Positions 54,032 to 64,000 of a stretch of DNA of 64,000 bases are shown one piece after another; within the stretch, counting starts at the first letter, position 1; every line of letters starts with the position of its first letter. Position numbers and translations under genes: made by a program. The stretch is from Azolla caroliniana (taxonomy: Eukaryota; Plantae; Polypodiophyta): positions 124,001 through 188,000 of the forward strand of contig JBHGNT010000021.1 in assembly GCA_043228905.1 (NCBI GenBank), in the 5' to 3' direction. Below the pieces are notes generated by a model, which was given only the letters and a program-made list of their open reading frames with translations, had not been told where the DNA came from and did no database searches.

Positions 54032-55401
54032 CAAAATAGTGATTCTTCAATTCCATATCATAGACTACTTCGTTAGCTTCCATTCGCATGTTTGAACACA
54101 AAAATCCGATATCACAAGAGCTAGCTATGAACATTTTCATTTACTCACGCATTCTGGTCTACGCCCTCCTTAAGTGTGGCACAACTTTCCTTTTTTCTTC
54201 ACCTGAATTTTAAAATCATGTTTTTTTCAAATCCATATTATAGACTGCTTCTTTAGCTTCGATTCTCATGTTTGAACACAAAATTCTGATATCACACAAG
54301 CCAGCTATGAACATTTTCATTTACTCACGCGCTCTTGTTTACGCCCTCCTTAAGTGTGGCACAACTTTGCTTTTTTCTTCATGTCTCTCGCCCTGAGTTT
54401 CAAAATCGTGATTTTTGAATGTCATATCATAGACTTCTTCGTTAGCTTCGATTTGCATGTTTGAACACAAAAATCCGATATCACATGAGCCAGGTATGAA
54501 CATTTTCTTTTAGTCACGTGCTCTTGTCTACACCCTCCTCAAGTGTGGCACAACTTTGCTTTTTTCTTCATGTCTCTCGCCCTGAGATTTAAAATCATGA
54601 TTTTCCAATTCTATATCATAGACTGCTTTGTTGTCTTCGATTCGCATGTTTGAACACAAAAATCTGATGTCACACGAGCCAGGTATGAACATTTTCATTT
54701 ACTCACGCGCTCGTGTCTACGCCCTCCTCAAGTGTGGCACAACTTTGCTTTTTTCTTCACTTGAATTTCAAAATCGTGGTTTTTCAATTTTATATCATAG
54801 ATTGCTTCCTTAGCTTCAAATCGATTGTTTGAACACAAAAATCCAACATCATACGAGCCAGCTATGAACATTTTCATTTACTCACACGCTCTTGTCTACG
54901 CCCTTCTCAAGTGTGCCACAACTTTGCTTTTTTCTTCATGTCTCTCACCTTGAGTTTCAAAATGATGATTTTTCAATGCTATATCATAGTCAGCTTCGTT
55001 AGCTTCGATTCGCATGTTTGAACACAAAAATATGATATCACAAGTGCCAGCTATGGACATTTTCATTTACTCACGCGCTCTTGTCTACGCCCTCCTCAAG
55101 TCTTGGACAACTTTGCTATTTTCTTCATGTCTCTTGCTCTGAGTTGAACAATCTTGATTTTTCAATACCATATCATAAACTGCTTTATTCTCAAAATGAT
55201 ATGTGTGCAATCATAACAAATGGTACTTAGCACATAACAAATTATATGTGTGCAAGCATGGTGTAATGTTAGCATCCATAACCTCAAGCTTGAATCCAAG
55301 GCCACAGAATACACACCTTCAGTAACGAGATACATCATACACTATATGAACACTGATGATATTTTATACCATAGAAGGTCAAAAAGGAAAATTATAAAGC
55401 A

Positions 55402-56436
55402 TTACTGTGATATAGTAATACTTGTAATTGTACTTTCCATGCAAGCGGGGTGCTCAACTACCTCTGGACACAGAGTATCTAAACCTTTCTCTTTTAGACC
55501 ATTCATCAAACATGTTAGGTTCTCAAAATGTAGCTTTAAGGCTAATAAATTATCATCAATTTCAGAACGAGAAGCCCTCCATGTCTCTAGATCTTTCTTC
55601 TGTGTTCCCAGTTGAGTACCCATATTTGTGAGCTCCTTCTTCAACTCCTCTTTCAACACATCGCTTTCAGAATTTTGGATTGTTGATGCAATCCATTCAT
55701 ATGTATTTGATATAGATGTGAATTGTTTTTCTACCGCCATCTCACCAAATGAAACTTCTTCCAAATCGGCATGCAGTGCTTGCATTCTTGTTTGCATGGA
55801 AGCTATACAACACGACAATCACTCTTCATGCTTTTCTGTCAATGTGGTTCTTTGTTTTGCAATATGTTGAGTCAACACAGATGTCCTAGATGGGATTTCA
55901 ATAGGAGAGGTACCCTCAGACTTCATGGTAGTGTTGGTACTTGAGGACCCTCTATAATATGATGATCGATGATGAGAAAAATCTTCCCAATCAACTTCAA
56001 TGCCACCATGGAGTTCACATGCAAATGCACATGCAAAAATAGTTCCTACCTCATTGTTTAGGATGTGTTTCGTATCATAAACTTGTTCATATCGTGACTT
56101 TAGTTCAGTGAGATAATCCTTCTTCAATTGAGTAAGGTGGAAACCTCTCCTTGTCTCGGGTTGTGATGAGCCCCAAGTTTTCATCATCCACATGTCTAGG
56201 TCTTCATAAGGGTCAGGTCATGCATGAAGGAAATAACCCCATCCTAATTTTGTACCTCGAAGGATGTTTGTGTAAATCTTCTTGCCTCGAGTTGTTGAAA
56301 ACTTCGACCTCCCTCTGGTGGGGGTCATCCTACTTTCTTTGATGGGGGTCCTTTTTCTTTCCTTGCATGGTGTGTTGACATTTTCTTCTTCGTGGGCGTC
56401 TTCCTTGTCATGTGAGTCTTGTCTCTCTTCTTCGCC
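55402..56436 (-). pseudogene. Disrupted ~345-codon coding region of unknown family (possibly a transposon-associated ORF with a C-terminal coiled coil)
   Basis: ORFs 55819..56193 and 55402..55818 abut in one frame, separated by a single TGA. The frame extends upstream through another TGA (56218-56220) as ...TKLGWGYFLHA*PDPYEDLDMWMMKTWG... to about 56436. Confidence 0.6.
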
Positions 56437-56503
56437 TCACATGCACAACAATAATAAATAACAATAAATCACAATAACATTTAACGCCAGGACAACCAGA
56501 CAA

Positions 56504-57090
56504 CGCACCCTCTTTCCATATGTCAACATGTACAAAATTCAAGGAAATGCCGAACATGAAACATAATGTTAACTCCCAATACAGTACATATACATGCATC
56601 ATAATAGTACTAAATCAGGTAGGAAAACAAGAACAATAAGGATGACAAGAACAACAAAAAGGACAACCACAGATAGACAAGAACAATATCATTTAACAAG
56701 AACCCGCTTTCAATATGTCAACATGTACAAAATTCAAGCGAATGCAGAACATGACATATGCATGTACAAGACTCTCAAATTCAAGCATGTGCATGTACAA
56801 GGTTCTCAAATGATCAAGGGAGAACAACACAAACAACAAGAACAACAAAAAGGACAACCATAGATAGACAAGGACAAGGACAAGGACAAGATTATTTAAC
56901 AAAACCCACAAGAACATTGCATTTTACCATCATAGAACCCTCTTTCAATATGTCAACGTGTACAAAATTCAAGCACCTACAAAAAATGGCATATATGCAT
57001 GTACAAGACTCTCAAATTCAAGCATATGCATGTACAAGGTTCTCAAATGGTCAAGGGAGAACAACACAAACAACAACAACAAAACCCTAA
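56504..57090. repeat. Degenerate tandem repeat, ~3 copies of ~195-235 bp
   Basis: CCC(T/G)CTTTC(C/A)ATATGTCAAC(A/G)TGTACAAAATTCAAG occurs near 56508, 56703 and 56938. A shared downstream GCATGTACAAGACTCTCAAATTCAAGCAT is present in the last two copies. Confidence 0.85.
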
Positions 57091-57315
57091 ACGACAATAA
57101 CACATAGAATCAAACATGTAGCAGAACATGCACCAGATGTCGTTATGGTTGTAGATGTCATTGCAGAAGTTTTTACAGAGGAGACACATTTGAAGCACGG
57201 GAAGGAAAGAGTAACAAAGAGAGGAGGTACGAACCTAGGGAATCACCGAGTAGAAGGGGGAAGGAGAGAGGGGAGAGTCTAACTGACTAACTTTCAGTTC
57301 GAGGTTAACCTTTGA

Positions 57316-57318
<3 letters not shown>

Positions 57319-57356
<38 letters not shown>
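57319..57356 (+). repeat. (GA)19 microsatellite
   Basis: Direct read of the sequence. Confidence 0.97.
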
Positions 57357-57358
<2 letters not shown>

Positions 57359-58269
57359 AACTTACTATCTTCATGATTGACTGACTACCCGAGATCTTGT
57401 ACAGTTAAGATCTCTGTACAATATTACCTAGGATTGTGAACCGACAACCTTAATTGCAATTGGCTACAAGAGGAATGTTTGGACATAGACATAATAGTGG
57501 AAGGATGTGTAATGTTTTTTCATATTTGAAATCCATTTTCATTGAATATGACTTTTAATTTTAACACAAGTGATGATCAACTTTTTAAACCCAAATATTG
57601 GATTATTTTTACATTTTTTGTTTTTCCCTCATAGAATTAGTACTAAAATTTTGGCCAAAAGTTGGTACACCATAGCGTGCTCTGGCCCTGGGGGGAGGAG
57701 GTTTTGTGCATTACCACTAGAGCTTGTCGAGGCCAAGTCTAGTGATAGTGTCCTAGTTGGTATAGGGGGGTTTTTTGTGGGTGGGGAAAGGGTATGTGTG
57801 GGGTGTTCACTATTTAAGCACACTTCGTATCTAGATACTCAATATGACGTGGGACGTTATTATTTACCATTTGACAAGAAAGAGAGGGGAGAGAAGGAGC
57901 TTCCCTGTTTATAGTGGCCATTGGAGGATCGGAGGCGCAGGCGCCGGTATTGGTGGTCGTTGTTGGTGGATCGGCTTGCGCATTGGTGTTGATGGTAGTT
58001 GCGGGTGGATTGGCGGGTGTGTTGGTTTTGGGTGTGTGTCGTTGAGTGGGTCGTGTTTTTTATCCTCCCTTTGGGATGCTTGTCGCCATTTATTTGTATG
58101 CTCGAACATAGAGAAAAGTAAGAAAGAAAAAGACTTGAAAAGGAATGGGATATAGGGGTGTGAGTAGGGGTGAAGTGTATGTTTTGTTGGGGCCAAGATA
58201 TATAGTATGGAGGGGTAAAGATATAGAGTTTGTAAAAGTGAGATTACTAGCGGGAGGGTGATGAGCGGC

Positions 58270-58344
58270 AAACACTATACCTAAACACTAAACACTAAAC
58301 ACTAAACAATAAACACAAAACACAAACCCAAACCCTAAACCCTA
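58270..58344 (+). repeat. Degenerate plant telomere-like heptamer tract (CACTAAA/CCCTAAA)
   Basis: CCTAAACACTAAACACTAAACACTAAACAATAAACACAAAACACAAACCCAAACCCTAAACCCTA. Confidence 0.75.
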
Positions 58345-58367
58345 TATACAATTGAAGAATTACCATG

Positions 58368-58663
58368 GGATTCCCCCATAATTCACATAAAAATAATAAG
58401 CATTTGGTCAAAAGCAAGCCATTTTAAATGTCATATCATTTTTAATTACTGCTATAAGCACTTTATAATTGGTTTTCACACTCATAGTAGATTTTTGTCA
58501 TAACAAGGTCGGCATATCTTAATAGGATTCCCCCATAAGCATTTGGTCAAAAGCAAGCCATTTTAAATGTCATATCATTTTTAATTACTCCTATAAGCAC
58601 TTTATAAATGGTTTTCACACTCATAGTAGATTTTTGTCATATAACGAGGTTAGCATATCTTAA
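58368..58663. repeat. Two-copy ~140-155 bp tandem duplication
   Basis: GGATTCCCCCATAA...AAGCATTTGGTCAAAAGCAAGCCATTTTAAATGTC...GCATATCTTAA at 58368-58522 and 58525-58663. Confidence 0.93.
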
Positions 58664-59159
58664 CCTAACTAGGAATTAGATTCATATTATGGTGCTTGCA
58701 CAAGACACCATTCGCATCATTATGTCCCTACATGTTTTATTAACTTTCATGTTGATTATGGTTTCTTTTCCTTATGTGGATATCTACAACACACCCGTTT
58801 GAATGAACTAGTTTTGGTAGATGTAAATTTTAGTTGTTCACTGAATCGGAAGAATCTAGTGCTTTGAAGTTTTTCATAAGCCTCTTAAGTATATTGCTAG
58901 AAAATATTTGAGATATTACGCCAATATGATCTAACATGCAATACAAAAGTGTGACATAAGGGTATTCTAGCAATATGTTTTAACTCATGTTTTGCACATA
59001 TTATTATGCATGCAATGGCAGAGAGGACACAAGATTGATTCGATTTGACAATTATGTGTTTTTTTTAATACAAAAAGTCCAATTATGTGGAGCTTTATCT
59101 ACACATGATATAGATCCTTTACGTGTAGACACCAAGCAACGAGATCATTGACGATATGG

Positions 59160-59900
59160 TCATTGTCTAGTAGAGGGGCGAGTTTGTAGTTGAAAGACGG
59201 ATGTAGCACAATGGCTGGGTATTTTTAGAACATGTTCATGAGCTTTGAAGTCATTCTTGTATTGGGTCTCGCCGATGAATTTTGAATCACGAGAATTATT
59301 ATCATCAATGTTCCTTACTATGCTTATGCTGTGAGGATCAACCATTGTCGATTTCTTAAAATTTTGATCATATGTGGTCTTGTTGTCCAACACAGCTCCT
59401 TTGGCAATGTCGAGATGGGTTGAAGAATGAGCCCCAAGCCCAATGCGCCTACACATGGGCAATCGCCGAAAGTGAAAGTGATGTGTCGTGTCACTACAGA
59501 AAGACGAGTCATTGAAGTTGCCCAAAGTGACAATGGGGGGACTTTGAATTCGAGCAAACATTCGAGGTAACTCCTTGGAATTGTTCCAGAATCTCACCTT
59601 GTACATGGTCCGATGGTCAAGAACGGAATTTGGGGCTCCGTCGCCCATAAAAGTAGTAGACGGAGAAGGGGCAGTTGGCGGGAGGCTGCGTGTGGAGGAG
59701 GACCCCCGAGTCGTGAAGTCAAGCTGCTGCTTGTAGAACGTGGCTGCTGCTGCTGCTGCTGCATCCGTCCCACGTGGCTCCACGTATTGCACCTTCTCAT
59801 ACGGATAATGACGCTGGTACGCCTGCTTGTACACAGATCGCAGATTGCTGGGGTAACGGGAGCCCAATGCCTGCAACGGATGGGCCCAATATGCACGCAT
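59160..59900 (-). CDS. Putative SAXO/MAP6-like (Mn-motif) microtubule-binding protein, 246 aa; may have a short upstream exon at 60013-60026
   Basis: Longest ORF in the window and more GC-rich than its flanks. It has spaced [ST]xYxxx[YF]-type motifs (SVYKQAY, TTHHFHF, TTYDQNF, TQYKNDF) and a poly-Ala tract from a (GCA)n repeat. Family call is by motif resemblance only. Confidence 0.6.
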   Translation of the reverse strand: MRAYWAHPLQALGSRYPSNLRSVYKQAYQRHYPYEKVQYVEPRGTDAAAAAAATFYKQQLDFTTRGSSSTRSLPPTAPSPSTTFMGDGAPNSVLDHRTMYKVRFWNNSKELPRMFARIQSPPIVTLGNFNDSSFCSDTTHHFHFRRLPMCRRIGLGAHSSTHLDIAKGAVLDNKTTYDQNFKKSTMVDPHSISIVRNIDDNNSRDSKFIGETQYKNDFKAHEHVLKIPSHCATSVFQLQTRPSTRQ

Positions 59901-60331
59901 ATGTTTTAGAGGTTTGGAAGGTATGTGAAAGCGAAGGCAAAAGAATTCACTGATTCAAATCAATCAATCATCATCATCATCATAAAAAGAAATCTGTAAC
60001 TTATTTTCTTACGTCATTGTCTGCATGCCCGCTCGCCATTTTCCTCACTCACGCGCGTGATTCTACACAGATTAAACCACACCAAACTAATCTCTTAATT
60101 AATTGGTTCAATTAGAACATCTTGTTTTGTTTTGTTTTGTTTCCCCTCATGGTTAATAATCATCGTTCGCGTGGGATTAATTACATACAACTAATCTTGT
60201 TTGAATCATGAGCGCATTAATCTAATTGAGCCTGCCTTCTCTCCCCCCCCCCCCCAATCCCCAATGGACGCAGCCTTTCATGGGTTTCGTTCATTTAATT
60301 TGGTTTCACACTTGGGCCTTGAAGACATGCC

Positions 60332-60376
60332 GTATGTATGTATGTATGTATGTATGTATGTATGTATGTATGTATG
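60332..60376 (+). repeat. (GTAT)11 microsatellite
   Basis: Direct read of the sequence. Confidence 0.97.
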
Positions 60377-60764
60377 CAGCCGTGTTTGGTTATATGTATC
60401 GCACATACGAATATGCATACCCATCATTACATGAACAAAGAAGATTGTATTTACGTAAATGACAAATAACCATCCTTATAAGATGGTTACTTTTACACAT
60501 ACATCCCATGCACTAGATTCAAAGACACATGCTTAAAAGTTCAATATATACATTATATAAGCCTATGTTGCCAAGCTCCATAACAGACAGAAATTTATAC
60601 CAGTGAAAGAATATGATCTAGTACTATAGATGTGCCCAGCCCCATTACAAGGATCAAACTTGGAATCGGGATGATACCATGTTCAAACATCACTATGATG
60701 GATTGATTGTTGGATTCACATCAAAACTACCACATTAATCAACTTCCAGATCTAGTTCCAAAAT

Positions 60765-60787
60765 GGGGGGGGGGGGGGGGGGGGGGG
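60765..60787 (+). repeat. Poly-G homopolymer (23 nt)
   Basis: Direct read of the sequence. Confidence 0.95.
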
Positions 60788-63700
60788 TTGAAGATTGACT
60801 AGATGACATCCAGAAATTTAAGCGAGACTATCAAGGTTCATCAGACACTACCACATTTGTTTTGGAGATCTCTAAGTTCCCAAACCATTATTATTGATTC
60901 AAATAATAATAACCGTCTACATTGTATCTCTTATTTCTGTAAATGTTATGTCAAAATATGATGGATTTCGAAATACCTTTTATCCAATTGACTTGATTAA
61001 CTATTTAAGTGAGACATCATATTTCCGAGGAACCCAATTGTTTCGAGAAAACTATGGGATGCCCTTAAAGACATTCTTTATTTCTCCAAATTCACCATAA
61101 CTCTCTGTTATTTCCAAAAATACCTCACCAATCAATAGTCAAAATATGTATATGTTAGAAAATTATGAATCCATTAAATAGGTGTCCGGGTTTGGGGAAC
61201 CTTCTCCATCACAAGTTGCCAAGTGATACTACTACCTCCATGACAACTGAATGTCATCTCTAAAGCTTTTTGTGATTCCCATGACATTGAGATTGGACAT
61301 TATTAACAACCACTTCCATTGCATACATAATCAGAACATACACTAGAAAATTGTGATTCCATTAAAATGGGTGTTCAGGTTTGGGCAACCTTGTCCATCA
61401 CTAGTTGTCCCCATGGTACAACCTTCACAACAACTTAAGTAGGTCATCAAAAAAGGTTCTAATGATTCCAATAGTCAAGGATAGAACATGTGATGTCATG
61501 ATAACCAAGGATATCATAGCCTCTTTTGTGTTTTCCTCCTTGCAAATAACACTATGGCACCAATGTGGCAAGAGTGTGCTACCAAATAACACAAACAAAC
61601 ATTATAACATCTAGTTGTCCAAGTTAATGTTCAACACAATTATGGGTTGTGCATGACAGATGACAATCAATTAGGACCATTGTAGATTGGCCCTTGTAAG
61701 GATGTTGTTAATTGATCACTCTGATAATTGAAATCTAGTCATCTCTTAGAAAGAATATTTTTCATATATAGATTAATAGTCCTATTGTCAATGGTCATTG
61801 TTACTTTCCTTATCTCTCTCTACAAAAATATTTGAGTATAGCCCTAGGCCTCATCATTTTCAACCTATTGCTAGATAACGTAATTTTAGTTTTGAACAAT
61901 AAGTTCTAATAATTGTATGATGTATCATACTAAAGCTAAGTGTTACTTTGATTGTAGACCTGTCTTTTCAATTAGTGCTCAATAATGTAGGTATTGGACT
62001 TGCAACATACATTGATACTAGAATACCAAATCAAAAAACATTTAGGCACAAAGTTTTTTCTAGCAAGGTGAACTCTTTTGATTCATTATTAGTTATGAGT
62101 TTATAAGTGTATGTTTCAATTCTTTCCCAGGTTCCAACTTGCTGTTTTGCATGCATTTCTAAATTCATTTTATCTCCTCCCTCTCCAGCATAAGCCTATA
62201 TACACTTTATTTTACCTCAAAAGATAGGTGAAAGCCTATAAATAATGGATCTAAGATAGGGACATAACAAAGGCCTTGTATTTTGACAAATTGAATGCAT
62301 TAAATAAAAAAAACTACCCCCACATATAATAAATACTCCAAACAAACAACGCCTCAAAACACATGTTCCTCGAGCACTAATAAACACATCCATTGCACTT
62401 TAAAATTGTTTTCCACCAATCAATGGTTTTTGCATAATCCATATGGCCTCACAATGTACATCCATCCATGATTCAATCGGTATGATGCCATATATTTTAC
62501 TCGTTGAAATGGGCAAGCAAGTGTTGCCAATCTTGAAAGCATCGTCTTGTTGATGTAAAGGTGACACATAACATTATCTAGGAGTTTCTTAATATATTGG
62601 CACATAGAATATTATGCAATGCCCAAGCCATACATTCTCTAGATTCCGATAAAGGAAATACATCTCTTAACTTAAACAATGGATATACCGTATGCAATAG
62701 GGAGTTGGCTTCTCGTGAACGAGATATCAATAGTAATTCTGGAAATATAACACTCATATGTATGTTTTCCAATTGCATAGAGTTCCCTTATTGAATCTTC
62801 GTGCCTTGCAAATTGAGGTTCTCCATCATTTCTTCTGGCTAATTATTAAACTAGCACTCAAGGGCAATCCATAATAGGTCCTCTTGAATGAGCAAAGCTA
62901 CACCCAAGTGAGATTCCAAAAGTCATTTCTAGTGTCCACAGAAATCAATGGAATCTACATCCAACCACTTCATGCCATGGCCCATAAGGTTCATTAGCAA
63001 GGTTCCATAAGTTAATTCTATTGTCCATGGAGATAAATCGAATCTACTTCCAGCACCTCATTCCATTCCTTAAGGGCATGATTAACCAAAATAGAATTTT
63101 GAAATTGGTTCAGTGGGAGAGGACCCAATATGCTTGAGAACTGTGAACCCTCTTTTTGGTCATATTTAAATTGATTGACCCTACTTTTGACATTCTATAA
63201 GTAATATGGTGTGCGTGCAACCAATCTATATTCAACAACAAATCTACAATCGGAAGTTCACTTCTAGACTAAATTGATCTCTTCGTAAAATTGCATGCCT
63301 AGAGCTTCTTTTTATCTTGTTTGTTGAGGCTACATGCATCCATTGAATACAAGTATCAAATAGACGGGGCACAAGCTAATACAATTTTTGCTTCCATCCA
63401 ACATGAATATAAAGCATCTCATTAATATCTATTTGTATGCAAAAAGAAAACACCCATCTTATTATGATCACGTGGAGCATAATAGATATGGATTTTTGCA
63501 TTTATTGTTTATCAAAAGATAAAATGAATATAATGGAAATATGTCACTGGTGCAAAAACAATATTTTCTAGGAAATACTAGTTAAATATATTCATTTGTT
63601 GTAAACTAAATATTGATTGGTCAAATGGGACTACCAATGCATGAACCATATGTTTATGTGGATTGTTCATTAATTCAAATAATCTCGACATTGTAGGTGT

Positions 63701-64000
63701 GTTGACATTGTAGGTGTGCATGTATTTATGTGAAGGTTATAAAAGAAGGCATCACATTTAAAAGTCATATGATACACCATTTAGTGATATCATCATTAAA
63801 AGTTTTGCTCAATCTAGTACATGGCATGGGGTTCGACTGAGATGTATTGACAAACTCCGTCAGTTCTTGAAGTGAAGTTTTCTTTAAATCAAGTAAAGCG
63901 TACACTTTGGAGGTTGTAACTTATTGTTAAGAACCTTACTATTCATTGTATTGTGTAGAATTTTATGAAACTAAAGTATTCCAATAAAAAAGCAAAGTGA

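Larger units (their letters stand above)
49176..55186 (+). repeat. Satellite family C' (189-bp monomers), terminal layer of the array
   Basis: Contains the GTGTGGCACAA insertion. It is near-identical to 37151-40338 up to 52363, then continues with diverged monomers and ends at ...CCATATCATAAACTGCTT near 55186. Confidence 0.96.

Noticed and set aside
1259-54813. Dozens of 60-108 aa ORFs on both strands (e.g. MLASIRMFVHK..., MKMFIDGSCDIG...)
   Set aside because: These are chance open frames of the satellite. The 178-bp period is not a multiple of 3, the ORFs overlap in shifting frames, many start at TTG, and single variants open or close them.
1-55186. CRISPR-like repeat-spacer array
   Set aside because: The whole monomer is repeated, with no unique spacers and no cas genes, in a eukaryotic context.
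56594-57090. Q/T/R-rich ORFs on both strands
   Set aside because: They arise from the low-complexity tandem repeat.
57570-58275. Overlapping Pro-rich and Gly-rich ORFs
   Set aside because: Short and compositionally biased, with no recognisable domain. A decayed element cannot be excluded.
59494-59597. Internal intron in the 246-aa ORF (AAG|GTGAG donor)
   Set aside because: Splicing to the nearby TGTAG acceptor would put a TGA in frame, while the unspliced frame is open.
59594-59909. Alternative-frame ORFs with poly-Gln or poly-Cys
   Set aside because: Shadow frames of the (GCT)n tract inside the 246-aa ORF.
60201-60462. ORFs with YVCM repeats
   Set aside because: Translation of the (GTAT)n microsatellite.
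62100-63300. Possible decayed coding or retroelement sequence (short ORFs at 62420-62794)
   Set aside because: No recognisable RT, integrase or transposase motif, and frequent stops. Would need TBLASTX to assess.

Overview
Eukaryotic, probably land-plant, DNA at the edge of a large AT-rich satellite array. Bases 1 to ~55,186 are an uninterrupted, single-orientation tandem array built from three related monomer families. A is 178 bp, highly homogeneous and organised in 6-mer/9-mer higher-order repeats. B is 178 bp and more diverged. C is 189 bp, the most diverged, and carries an extra 11-bp dyad. The order is A-B-C-A'-B'-C', because a ~12-14 kb A/B/C boundary segment is tandemly duplicated. 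The A array holds a 3-monomer B-type templated insertion with microhomology scars and short B-type patches. The C layer carries a ~110-bp foreign insert with a weak Ty3/gypsy-integrase-like motif. Almost all ORFs in the array are satellite artefacts. The unique flank (55.2-64 kb) holds a nonsense-disrupted ~345-codon pseudogene, a degenerate CCCTAAA telomere-like tract, microsatellites, small tandem duplications and an intact 246-aa ORF with repeated Mn-like motifs (SAXO/MAP6-like). That ORF hints at a lineage with flagellated cells. Centromere function and taxon are inferences. All alignments and counts were made by eye.
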